Shown here piece after piece: positions 10,132 through 18,888 of a stretch of 64,000 nucleotides of DNA. The notes under the pieces are model-generated. The model worked only from the letters and a program-made list of their open reading frames with translations, was not told where the DNA came from and did no database searches. The position numbers and the translations under genes were made by a program. Origin of the DNA: an uncultured Planctomycetota bacterium (GTDB lineage Bacteria > Planctomycetota > Planctomycetia > Isosphaerales > Isosphaeraceae). The DNA is taken from NCBI GenBank assembly GCA_963823665.1, contig CAWGMQ010000005.1, positions 928,001 through 992,000 on the forward strand. The letters are read 5' to 3'. Numbering within the stretch: position 1 is the stretch's first letter; the number at the start of each line of letters is the position of its first letter.

Positions 10132-11367
10132 ATGAGTCGCACGAAGATCAGTTTTCGCAATAGCGTCAGCCGAAACATGCTGACCCTCTGCGCCGGCCTG
10201 GCGCTCGCGATGTTCACCCCCCTCGCCCGGCACGCCGACGCCCAGGATGGCCGGGTGGCCGCGAGGCAAACAACCCGCACGAAACCGTCCACGCCCCAGG
10301 AGGTCTGGACGGCGGTGGTTCCGCGCATCGACGTTGCTTTGCGCGAATCGAACAACGCCATTGCCGCGCGTATCGCCACGCTCGACGAGTTCTTCGCCGA
10401 GCGGCAGCAAGGGGCGCGGCCCTTCGCCGAAGCGGTGCTCAGCCTGGAGGGCAAGGCGCGCGCCACCGCAGGCATCGGCGAGGAGTTGGTAGGTGGCCTG
10501 GGCCAACTGCTTGGCCAAAAGCGCCCGTCCGGACCCAACAGCTTCGTCGTCTATGTCAGGGACCGTTTCCGAACGAAAGTGCTGGATCCGGCGGAGCTCA
10601 AGACGGTGGTCGACGAAGCGGTCGCCGGCTATGTCGGCGACGCCACGGAGATTGAGGGCCGGCTGCTGGTCGATCTGAAGGCCGATATCGACGACCGGGC
10701 GCTCGATCTTCGTTTGCAACTGCCCGCGCTGCGCGTGGAAACGGCGGCCGGAGCGAGCTGCGATGCCGTGATCGGCGAAACGCTCGATGCCGCAGCGAAG
10801 GACCTCGGGGTCGCGCTCGGGATGTTCGTGGCGTCCAACTATATCGGCGATAAGGTCGCCCAGCGCGTCACCCCGAAGGACGCCTCCAAGGCCCGCAAGG
10901 CGCTGGTCAATATCCTCGTCGGCATCGGCGTGGATCAGGCGATGGACCGGGCGGCCAGGCAAGCCGGCTACGACCCGGAGAAGGAGCTGACCGCGAGGAC
11001 CTCGGCGGGCATCGATCGCATCCGCTCGCTGGTCGTCGAGGGCGACCCGCAAGCCGTCGGAACCTTCGTTTCGCTGTTCAAGTTCCGGGAGGCGCACCCC
11101 GACCCCGCCGCACGCGAAGCTTGCCGGGAAGCCATGGACGCACTAGAGCGCTCATCCAACCTGGGCCTTCGCGTCCGCCTCATCACCCTGCATAACGAAC
11201 GGCACCGCCAGCTCGCTACCGCCCTGGCCGGGCACGTCTTTGGGCGCGAGGCCGTCCGAACCCCGTTGCGGCTCCTGCCCGCCCTCGACGCGGGCAAGGC
11301 GCCGACGTCCGAATCCGTCGTCCGCTGGGCTAAGAGCATCACTAACGTATACGGAGGAACCCGCTGA
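10132..11367 (+). CDS. Hypothetical exported helical protein (about 411 aa)
   Basis: Signal-peptide-like LCAGLALAMFTPLARHADA; stop overlaps the start of the next gene. Confidence 0.7.
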   Translation: MSRTKISFRNSVSRNMLTLCAGLALAMFTPLARHADAQDGRVAARQTTRTKPSTPQEVWTAVVPRIDVALRESNNAIAARIATLDEFFAERQQGARPFAEAVLSLEGKARATAGIGEELVGGLGQLLGQKRPSGPNSFVVYVRDRFRTKVLDPAELKTVVDEAVAGYVGDATEIEGRLLVDLKADIDDRALDLRLQLPALRVETAAGASCDAVIGETLDAAAKDLGVALGMFVASNYIGDKVAQRVTPKDASKARKALVNILVGIGVDQAMDRAARQAGYDPEKELTARTSAGIDRIRSLVVEGDPQAVGTFVSLFKFREAHPDPAAREACREAMDALERSSNLGLRVRLITLHNERHRQLATALAGHVFGREAVRTPLRLLPALDAGKAPTSESVVRWAKSITNVYGGTR

Positions 11368-12326
11368 TGAGAACGTTTATCTTGGCCAGCCTCGCGCTGG
11401 CCACCTCACTCGCGTTGCCAACACCGGCCCAGGCCGGCCTGGGCAGCCGGGCTGCCCGGGAGCTGGTTGAATTCCTTGGGAAGAAATTCGGCAAAGAGGT
11501 TGTCGCTGAGGGAGCCGAGCGGCTGGCCGGCCGCCTGGTGAAAGCGGCGGCGCGGCACGGAGACGACGTGCTGACTGCCGTCCGCAAGGTCGGGCCCAAA
11601 GCGATCGGGCTGGCCGATGACGCGGGGGTGAATGCTCCCAGCGTTATCCGCCTGCTCACCCATTACGGGGACGACGCCGCCCGTGCCCTGAGCCGTCCCA
11701 GGGGGATGGCGCTTATCTGCCGCTACGGCGACGATGCGGCGAAGGCATTGATCAGGCACAAGGGCGTCGCCGAACCGTTGCTCGACAGCGTCGGGATGCC
11801 CGCCGTCAAGGCGATGAACGCGCTCGGGCCACAAGCCGGGCGCCGTCTTGCCATGATGGCCGGGGACGAGCTGGCTGCCATCGGGCGCACGCCCGAGCTG
11901 CTTGAGGTCATCGCCCGTCACGGCGACAAGGCGATGGAGTTCATCTGGAAACATAAGGGGGTACTGGCGGGAAGCGCCGCGCTGGCGGCCTTCCTGCGCG
12001 ACCCCGAACCGTTTCTGAGCGGAACGGCGGACATCACGCGCGTGGTGTCGGAAAACGTGGTCAAGCCGGCGGCCGCCACGGTTGCAGGCACGGTTAAACC
12101 CTTAGTTGCCGCGGCCCGTGAGGCGCTGCGGCCGATGATCATGGACGCCGCCGAGGCCACCAGGAAGTTCGTGCTCTGGCTCGGCGGCTGGTTGCTGATC
12201 GCCATCCTGAGCTTTTTTCTTGCCGTGAGGCTTATCTACAAGAGCGGCTTCCTCGGAAAGTTGATCGTCAAGACGGGGTTCAAGCTGGCCGGAGGCCAGA
12301 TCGTCGGGGCGATCAGGAAGAAATGA
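11367..12326 (+). CDS. Hypothetical exported protein with xGD[DK] repeats and a C-terminal transmembrane helix (319 aa)
   Basis: Signal peptide ending PAQA; RHGDD, HYGDD, RYGDD and RHGDK repeats; GGAGG RBS. Confidence 0.75.
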   Translation: MRTFILASLALATSLALPTPAQAGLGSRAARELVEFLGKKFGKEVVAEGAERLAGRLVKAAARHGDDVLTAVRKVGPKAIGLADDAGVNAPSVIRLLTHYGDDAARALSRPRGMALICRYGDDAAKALIRHKGVAEPLLDSVGMPAVKAMNALGPQAGRRLAMMAGDELAAIGRTPELLEVIARHGDKAMEFIWKHKGVLAGSAALAAFLRDPEPFLSGTADITRVVSENVVKPAAATVAGTVKPLVAAAREALRPMIMDAAEATRKFVLWLGGWLLIAILSFFLAVRLIYKSGFLGKLIVKTGFKLAGGQIVGAIRKK

Positions 12327-12530
12327 GGCTGGTGCGCCCGGCGGCAGCAGGGCGGAAGGGATTCCGCCTGCTGCCTCGACAGTTCAACGAGCAGCAAGTG
12401 CCCATGTTAGGGAAATTCGGTGCGTTGCCCGTCATCGCAATCGCCGCGCCCGGCTCGGGCGATGACCGCGTTTCTCCGCCGGTGACGGCAGGCCAGGCGT
12501 TCCCGGTGCATCCAATGTAAAGGAGCCATC

Positions 12531-13340
12531 ATGTCAGAGACCGAAAGACCGGTTCTCGCGTTCGATACCGCCTCGTGCCTGCCGCCCGACGACAACCGCC
12601 CTGGGGAACGGCCCGGCATCAATAGCCTGATCGAGGGGATTCGCGCTAACAGCCAACTCGTGCCGGGGCTGATCTGCCCGCACCCGGACATCCCGGACAA
12701 GTACCTGATACTCGACGGTGTCGGCCGTTGGTTCGCCTGCGGCAGGCTGGGCATCTTGTTTCGGGCGATGCTGCTGGCTGCCGCCGTGGGGGAAGCCGAG
12801 CGCATCAAGCTGCGGCTGCAGCACAACCTCATCCGCCGCAACATGACCCAGGATGAAATCGCCGACGATGCGGCCCGCTATATGAGCCTCACGCACTGCA
12901 CGCAGGAAGAAGCCGCCCGGGAGCTCACCCTGTCCACGGCTACCGTGTCACGGGCGCTGGCCGTCAAACGCCGCATTCCACCCGAGCTCAAGGCGATGGC
13001 GGAACTGGTCCGCCCGTCGATCACGTCCATGATCGCGACGTTGCCCGATGCCGGAGCCATGCGGCAGGGGTTCGAGCTTGCGACGACGCCCGGCAAGAAC
13101 GGCAAGCTGCCGACCCGCGACCAGATGGCGCTTTATCTCGAACCGCTCAGGAAAAAGAAGCCACGTGAACCGAGGGTTAAAACCCTCAAAGGCACGGTCG
13201 ATGGCCGCAAGGTGGAACTCGGGGTGCTGCCCGGCGAGTCGACCGATTCCGTTATCAAGTTCCTGCAGGCGCTGGCCGCGAAACTCAGCAAGTACCGTGA
13301 CCTGCCGCCCGATAACCTCGGGTTTCTGTTCAACGGCTGA
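12531..13340 (+). CDS. parB: ParB/RepB/Spo0J-family protein
   Basis: YLILDGVGRWFA (variant of the GxxRxxA box), HNLIRRNM, HTH TQEEAARELTLSTATVSRAL; AAGGAG RBS. Confidence 0.8.
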   Translation: MSETERPVLAFDTASCLPPDDNRPGERPGINSLIEGIRANSQLVPGLICPHPDIPDKYLILDGVGRWFACGRLGILFRAMLLAAAVGEAERIKLRLQHNLIRRNMTQDEIADDAARYMSLTHCTQEEAARELTLSTATVSRALAVKRRIPPELKAMAELVRPSITSMIATLPDAGAMRQGFELATTPGKNGKLPTRDQMALYLEPLRKKKPREPRVKTLKGTVDGRKVELGVLPGESTDSVIKFLQALAAKLSKYRDLPPDNLGFLFNG

Positions 13341-13658
13341 AACCAGTTGCCTGCGAGCGTCGTGAGCACCCCTCCCCTGCCCCGCCGGTTTCGACCGGCG
13401 GTCGTTGTGGAGGCCATGCCGGTCGCGCAACGGATGCTATCCAACCGAAGGGCTTGATCGATGGGATTCTTGACTGCCGCGCTGTTCTTTTCCGCGTTGA
13501 TATTCGCGTTCGGAGCAAAAAGCGGGACGCGCGTCTCGGTATGCGTAGTGATTTTTCTTGCCATCCTGTTCTCGCTCCTCGGGAAGTAGCGAGGCTGGAT
13601 CACACAGTATCCATCCATTCCGAAAGGGTGCCAATGCAAACGGAAATAAGGAGAATAT

Positions 13659-15140
13659 GTGAATCACTCACTTATGCGATTCCTGTTCGGGACGGCAGGC
13701 GCCAGGCGGTTGCAACGGCGCCCGCGCGATTCGCTCGATCAAGCGCTGCTGAACTGGAGCGAACACGATGTGCTGAACATGCGCACATTGCTGGACGGTG
13801 GTTGTCTCGTGTTGGGCCGGAGCGGCAGCGGCAAGACGTCGAGTTCGGGCAAGGCGCTCGGGCACGCCATCGTCAAATATCCCGGCAGCGGCGGGTTGAT
13901 CCTCGGGGCGTCGCCCACCGACCTGGAGATGTGGAAGGCGATCTTGGCGGCCGAGGGCAGGCTCGACGATCTCATCTGCTTCGGGCCGAAACACAAGCAC
14001 CAGTTCAATGTCATAGATTACCTGATGCGGCTGGGCTACGACTCCCGCGAGATCGCCAAAGCGATCATCACCATCGGGGAGTCGCTGGATAACGACGACT
14101 CCCGCACCGGCGGCGGCGACACCGATAAGTTCTGGCCGATTCAGAGCAAAATCACGATCGAGACGGGGGTTGAAATCCTGAAACAAACCGACAGACGCGT
14201 CCATCTGCCGTCGTTGCAAAAATTCATCATCACGGCGGCGCAATCATCGGCGGCGTTGAAGACCGAGGAATTCAAGACAAACTTTCACGGCCAGTGCTTC
14301 GCCAAGCTTTTCGACAAAGAGCGCACTCGCATCGAGGAGCACGAGTTCGAGCGGGCATGGAACCGCTGGATAGTGCAGTGGCCCGAGATGAATACGCGCA
14401 CGCGGACGTCGATAGAAGCCGGCGTCACCGGCATCCTCGACGTGTTCTCGCAAGGGATCGTGCGGTCGCTGATTTGCGAGGAAACGACGATTACGCCGGC
14501 GGCCATGGACGAAGGCAAATGGCTCTTCGGCGACATGAGCGTCGGTCAATACGGTTCGTCAGGGGCGTTCGTGCTGAACGCCCTCAAATATGCCACCCAG
14601 TGCCATGTCCGCAGCCGCATGCCGGGGCAGTGGAAGAATGTCATCGGCATCTGGGCCGACGAGGCCGCCAAGATTGTGAACTCTCAGGATTCTTTCTACC
14701 TCACTGAATCAAGGAAATACGGGGGATTTACCGTGTTCCTGGCGCAAAGCATGCAGTCGTTCCACGCCGCCCTGGCCGGTGAGAGGGGCAGGAGCCAGGC
14801 CGAGGTTTTGCTCGGCTCGTTTTCCACGAAGGTTGCGCACGCTATAGGGGACCCCGGGACTGCCGAGTGGCTGAGTTCCATCCTCGGTAATGAGGTGAAG
14901 CTCCGGTTGAACGTGACGGCGCCCGACGAAAAACCGATGGGAGAGGAGATTTTCAGCAGCGGCGGCGGCAACGCCGGCTGGGGGGAGCAGGTAGAACCCT
15001 GTCTCGAGCCCCGGCATTTCATGCACGGGCTGAAGACCGGCGGGAAACTGAACGGCAACATCGCCGAGGCCATCGTCCTGCGCTCGGGGCAGTTGTTCTC
15101 GAACGGCCAGAGTTATCTGCGGGTGGCGTTCCAACAGTAG
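13659..15140 (+). CDS. VirD4/TraD-like type IV coupling ATPase lacking an N-terminal membrane anchor
   Basis: Walker A GRSGSGKT, Walker B IWADEA, ESRKYGGFTVFLAQS and DPGTAEWLSSILG are typical of TraD/TraG C-terminal domains; AAGGAG RBS before the GTG. Confidence 0.85.
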   Translation: MNHSLMRFLFGTAGARRLQRRPRDSLDQALLNWSEHDVLNMRTLLDGGCLVLGRSGSGKTSSSGKALGHAIVKYPGSGGLILGASPTDLEMWKAILAAEGRLDDLICFGPKHKHQFNVIDYLMRLGYDSREIAKAIITIGESLDNDDSRTGGGDTDKFWPIQSKITIETGVEILKQTDRRVHLPSLQKFIITAAQSSAALKTEEFKTNFHGQCFAKLFDKERTRIEEHEFERAWNRWIVQWPEMNTRTRTSIEAGVTGILDVFSQGIVRSLICEETTITPAAMDEGKWLFGDMSVGQYGSSGAFVLNALKYATQCHVRSRMPGQWKNVIGIWADEAAKIVNSQDSFYLTESRKYGGFTVFLAQSMQSFHAALAGERGRSQAEVLLGSFSTKVAHAIGDPGTAEWLSSILGNEVKLRLNVTAPDEKPMGEEIFSSGGGNAGWGEQVEPCLEPRHFMHGLKTGGKLNGNIAEAIVLRSGQLFSNGQSYLRVAFQQ

Positions 15141-15264
15141 CGGATGGCCGGATTCAGTCTGGGAGTTTTTTCAGCGGTCGAGAGTGGTTCAGCTATGCCG
15201 CTTGCGCACGCGTGGATGCCAAGCTACATTCCCGAAACTTGTTCCAAGGAGAAAGGAACTCGCT

Positions 15265-15435
15265 GTGGTCGATGTGTATGACTTCGAGAAGTCGAAGAGA
15301 ACACTGTACAAAAAGGGCGAAATCAAGGAAGCGCCCAAGATGACGTGGAATCAATACGTTCTCTCAAGAATTGACGAGGAACTAAAGCGTCAGAGAGATA
15401 CCCCAATCCATCCGGATATCGACGTTACACGATAG
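15265..15435 (+). CDS. Small hypothetical protein (56 aa)
   Basis: AAGGAGAAAGGA RBS before GTG 15265; ends PDIDVTR. Confidence 0.45.
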   Translation: MVDVYDFEKSKRTLYKKGEIKEAPKMTWNQYVLSRIDEELKRQRDTPIHPDIDVTR

Positions 15436-15506
15436 TTGATTTTCGCTCATTCAATTACCGATAGCGGCCAATCGCCGCCCATTGGAGAGTGTGCGCACGG
15501 AATACG

Positions 15507-15524
15507 TATCCTCGCGCGAGGATA
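15507..15524. promoter_or_regulatory. Perfect 18-bp palindrome, candidate protein-binding site
   Basis: TATCCTCGCGCGAGGATA in an intergenic region. Confidence 0.4.
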
Positions 15525-15653
15525 TTCATGAACCAACGGAACTGCTGCGAGACGTCAAGAAGGCCCACACAAGAAATGTGGCGTTCGGACAGTAGCGGTT
15601 CGCCGAATTCTGTTCGCTGATACCGGCACTACGCCGCCTTGAGGAGAGTGCTC

Positions 15654-16115
15654 ATGACGACCGAAACGACCGACCCGATGGATACCATCCCGCATTACGT
15701 CTTCTGGCGGGAGGGCTGCGCCAAAATGACCAAATATGCGTGCTGCCTGATCGGGATGGCAGACGACCCCGTAACGCCGGCGGCGGTGCTGAGATTCGTC
15801 TCCAGCGCGCCGCGATGCCGGGATGATCTGCGAGACGAGTCGTGGCGGCGGGGCTATTGCAGCATGGTGATGGAGCGGGCTTACGCCGTCGCCGTCGCCA
15901 CGGCCGATCAGGAGCATTGGGAAGAGGCGTTTTGCCACATCGCACACTACCTCCCCGACCGGAAGTGGGACACGTCGGAAATGCTCATCGAAACCATCGC
16001 CGGGGTGATGAGCGGCCTCGATCTCGACCCGCCGGCCATGCCGGCTCACGCCGTCGCGCGCTCCCGATCGCTCCGGGAGCGCTGGTCACAGTTTGTCAAT
16101 TTTTTCCAACGGTGA
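15654..16115 (+). CDS. Stand-alone homolog of the all-alpha domain of the neighbouring coupling ATPase (153 aa)
   Basis: Ungapped manual alignment of about 105 aa to the ATPase segment encoded at 14124-14447; GAGGAG RBS. Confidence 0.7.
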   Translation: MTTETTDPMDTIPHYVFWREGCAKMTKYACCLIGMADDPVTPAAVLRFVSSAPRCRDDLRDESWRRGYCSMVMERAYAVAVATADQEHWEEAFCHIAHYLPDRKWDTSEMLIETIAGVMSGLDLDPPAMPAHAVARSRSLRERWSQFVNFFQR

Positions 16116-16118
16116 AAC

Positions 16119-16657
16119 ATGCCTCCCCAATCGCCTGAAATGAAGGAATCGCGGCCTGCCGATATGGTGAACGTGATGTTCACGCTCGCCGGCATCCACG
16201 TCGCTTGCATCACGCCGTTCCTACGCTCACGCTTCGGCTCGCACGCTTTCACGGCATACCCGCTGGCCGCAGTCTTGATGGTTTTCTATGCGGGCTTTGC
16301 GAAGTGCCCGCTGCTGGCGTGGTACATCCTGCCGTGGATGGTGATGGTGGCCTACAGGCGGCTCACCGCTTGGGCGTCCGTCCACTCCCGGTATCAAGGC
16401 TACCCCTATGTTTTTGGGTGGATGGCCAGCGAGTTCGTGGCGCGGCTGGCCGAGGTCTTCATCTGCTTCTTCGCGGCGGTATGGCTTTCGACGATCTCAA
16501 AGCCGCTGGCGAAGTTCGTCATGGCGGAGATCGTGTCGCTTCTGATTGTGCTGGCGACAGAATGCGCGACCCTTGCGGCGCGCAACGCGCCATGCGCGAT
16601 GCCCAATGGGAGGCGATGCAGATGCGCGAGCTGCACCGTGGCGGTTCGGGTTGGTGA
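16119..16657 (+). CDS. Multi-pass membrane protein with one apparent frameshift near 16583
   Basis: About four hydrophobic segments; the reading continues in another frame as RAMRDAQWEAMQMRELHRGGSGW-stop. Confidence 0.6.
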
Positions 16658-16706
16658 GTCATGTGTTTCGAGGTCAGTCAGTCATCCCACTGAGAGGAGT
16701 TTCGCA

Positions 16707-16901
16707 ATGGCAAAACTAGGTGAAAACGCCCTGGCCAACATGGCCAGGCTTGGACTGGAGGAATTGCGTTCCGCCAATGCGGGCGAGAAGGCAATGGATG
16801 CGCCGGTGGTTGTGAAGCCGAGCTATGCGGAAGCGCTCAGCCGGCAGGCGGCGATGTCGCAAGGTCGCGGGCAAGCCCCGGATCAGGGTATTTCGAGATA
16901 G
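16707..16901 (+). CDS. Small protein (64 aa) with shared C-terminal tag
   Basis: GAGAGGAG RBS; MAKLGENALANMARLGLEELRSA...SYAEALSRQAAMSQGRGQAPDQGISR. Confidence 0.7.
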   Translation: MAKLGENALANMARLGLEELRSANAGEKAMDAPVVVKPSYAEALSRQAAMSQGRGQAPDQGISR

Positions 16902-16909
16902 GGGGAGCC

Positions 16910-17296
16910 ATGTCAGACATCCAGAAATCGGTCATCAAGCATGCTCAGGATGACATGGCCGCCAATCCTGCGGCCTCACAGGACAAGAAAGAGCCGTCGC
17001 TACTGCGGCGGGCTATCGCAAAACGTAACGAATGGGCCGCGCAGCAGCCCTCATTCGCGGGTCAACTGGCCGCCATGTGGCGCGAGGGCATCAAGGACGT
17101 GCGCCAGACGGTGAATGAAACCTATTTCGGCAAACCCGAGCATATGGCTGAAGCGGGTACGCCGATGAACCCCACGCAGCAGCAGGTGACCGCCGAGCAA
17201 GGCAATTTCCACGGGTACAGCGAGATGCTCGACCAGCAGGCTGACAGCCGCGCGAGTGTCCGCGGCGACGATAAAGACAAGGGCATGGCCCGCTAA
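16910..17296 (+). CDS. Hypothetical protein (128 aa) with shared C-terminal tag
   Basis: GGGGAG RBS; ends GYSEMLDQQADSRASVRGDDKDKGMAR. Confidence 0.75.
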   Translation: MSDIQKSVIKHAQDDMAANPAASQDKKEPSLLRRAIAKRNEWAAQQPSFAGQLAAMWREGIKDVRQTVNETYFGKPEHMAEAGTPMNPTQQQVTAEQGNFHGYSEMLDQQADSRASVRGDDKDKGMAR

Positions 17297-17325
17297 TCGT
17301 GCTTCCAATCGGGGAGATAAGAACC

Positions 17326-18003
17326 ATGATCGAGAAACTAGCCACCGATGCGTTGAACTACATCCGCACGCTCGACCAGCGCACGGTCCTCATCGTGTTG
17401 GCGGTCGCCGGCGTGGCGATCGGCGTCTCTGTCAAGCTGGCGAAGCGGATCAGAATTGCGCCGGTGGGCGATTCCATCAAGCTGGTGAAACGCATCGGGG
17501 TTGTGCCGGTGATTCTGGTCCCGCTCGTCCTCGCCGGGGCGTGGCTGGCGGGAGCGTACAGCACGGCGGCGGTCGTCAGGACGGTTGAGAAACCGGTGTA
17601 CGTCGAGAAGATCGTCGAAAAGCCCATGTCGACCGGCGCCGCGGTGGCTGAGCTGTGGGACAGGCTGCGCGCCGAGCAGCGGGAAAAAGAGAGGATCGCG
17701 GCGGCGTTGACGGAAGCCGAGAAAAGAATCGCCGGGCTCCTGGCCGCAGAGCCCTGGCGGCTGAAGGGCACGACGGTCAGGCGGAACAGCTATCCCTTCA
17801 AGGAGCCGTCCAACGGCTACTGCTCCCATTGCGGCGCCGAGCTGATCATCGAGGGAGAAAAAGGGGATGACACGATTCGGTGTCCGGGCTGCGGTGCAAC
17901 CATGACCGCGCTTCAGGCGATCGAGCTTTTTACCCGCATCGAGAACACCACCACCTGGGAGACCATGCCCAGGAAATACCGCAGGTACAAGTGGATTCGA
18001 TGA
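17326..18003 (+). CDS. Membrane protein with coiled coil and C-terminal zinc ribbon
   Basis: Two hydrophobic helices; CSHC...CPGC. Confidence 0.7.
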   Translation: MIEKLATDALNYIRTLDQRTVLIVLAVAGVAIGVSVKLAKRIRIAPVGDSIKLVKRIGVVPVILVPLVLAGAWLAGAYSTAAVVRTVEKPVYVEKIVEKPMSTGAAVAELWDRLRAEQREKERIAAALTEAEKRIAGLLAAEPWRLKGTTVRRNSYPFKEPSNGYCSHCGAELIIEGEKGDDTIRCPGCGATMTALQAIELFTRIENTTTWETMPRKYRRYKWIR

Positions 18004-18257
18004 TGCGGCAAGACGACCGCAGCGACAGGGGGCTATCCGCCATGGGAGACCAATATCAACCCGGCCAGATGAACAGCGGTAACGGCCCGAGGTTCGATTA
18101 CAGCGCCGCTGCAGCGGCTGAGATTCTCAACTTGCATTTTGACCCGTCGCAGCCGAAGGAACTTCTCTACGAGCGAATCCTGGGCACGATCCTCAGGGCG
18201 ATGGATGCGGCGGCGGATGAGTTAAACCGAGGACGAACGGAGCCGAGCGACAACTGA
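18000..18257 (+). CDS. Small hypothetical protein, paralog of 18628-18816
   Basis: GPRFDYSAAAAAEILNLHFDPSQPKELL...PSDN; the start could instead be ATG 18042. Confidence 0.6.
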   Translation: MMRQDDRSDRGLSAMGDQYQPGQMNSGNGPRFDYSAAAAAEILNLHFDPSQPKELLYERILGTILRAMDAAADELNRGRTEPSDN

Positions 18258-18460
18258 GGAGATCGTACCGCTTCGGTGCAGGACGGGTGCTAGGGAACAC
18301 AGCGTGAGCGCGTAGACCCGTCTGATTCCGCGGCCAGCCCTCCGCTGTACCCGTGGCCGAGTGAGATGGCTGACCGCAACCGGCGCCAGCCGGGCAACGA
18401 GTAAGGCAACGGCCATGCAAATGATAACGAGCGTTCGAGGTAACCCAGGGAGCAATCGCT

Positions 18461-18631
18461 ATGGCAGAGCTTATGACGTTTCTGATCGCCCTCCCCTTCC
18501 TCTACGTCATCGGGGATTTCTACTACCGGCTCGGCGCGTGGCTGTGCGAGGTACTGAGATCGGCCGTGCGGACGGTCGCCGCATGGCGCCATAATGCCGC
18601 ACCGTGCCGGGCGGGGAGGAACTCCCGATGA
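18461..18631 (+). CDS. Small membrane peptide (56 aa, below the ORF-track cutoff)
   Basis: GGGAG RBS; MAELMTFLIALPFLYVIGDFYYRLGAWLCEVL...; ATGA overlap with the next gene. Confidence 0.45.
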   Translation: MAELMTFLIALPFLYVIGDFYYRLGAWLCEVLRSAVRTVAAWRHNAAPCRAGRNSR

Positions 18632-18816
18632 CCGAGGAAGGCCCGCGCTATCATCGCGCCTACGAGGCCACCGTTGAAATCCTGAATTTGCATATCTTCG
18701 ACCCGGAGAAGTCGCGGGTTGAATTGATAGGCAAAGTGTTATTCATCGTCCTCGCGGCCATGTACGAGGCCGAAGCGGAGTTGCGGGAACATCGGTATCA
18801 GCCGAGCGAGAACTGA
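18628..18816 (+). CDS. Small hypothetical protein, paralog of 18000-18257
   Basis: GGAGG RBS; GPRYHRAYEATVEILNLHIFDPEKSRVEL...PSEN. Confidence 0.65.
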   Translation: MTEEGPRYHRAYEATVEILNLHIFDPEKSRVELIGKVLFIVLAAMYEAEAELREHRYQPSEN

Positions 18817-18888
18817 CGCTGTCGCATCGGAATGTGAGAAAGCCCGGCGTAATTGGACGCCGGAAGCAAGCAAGGGGAGATCTGTCCA

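Noticed and set aside
16119..16901. Single 260-aa fusion protein as given in the ORF track
   Set aside because: Artefact of the frameshift near 16583; the last 64 aa have their own RBS and ATG at 16707.
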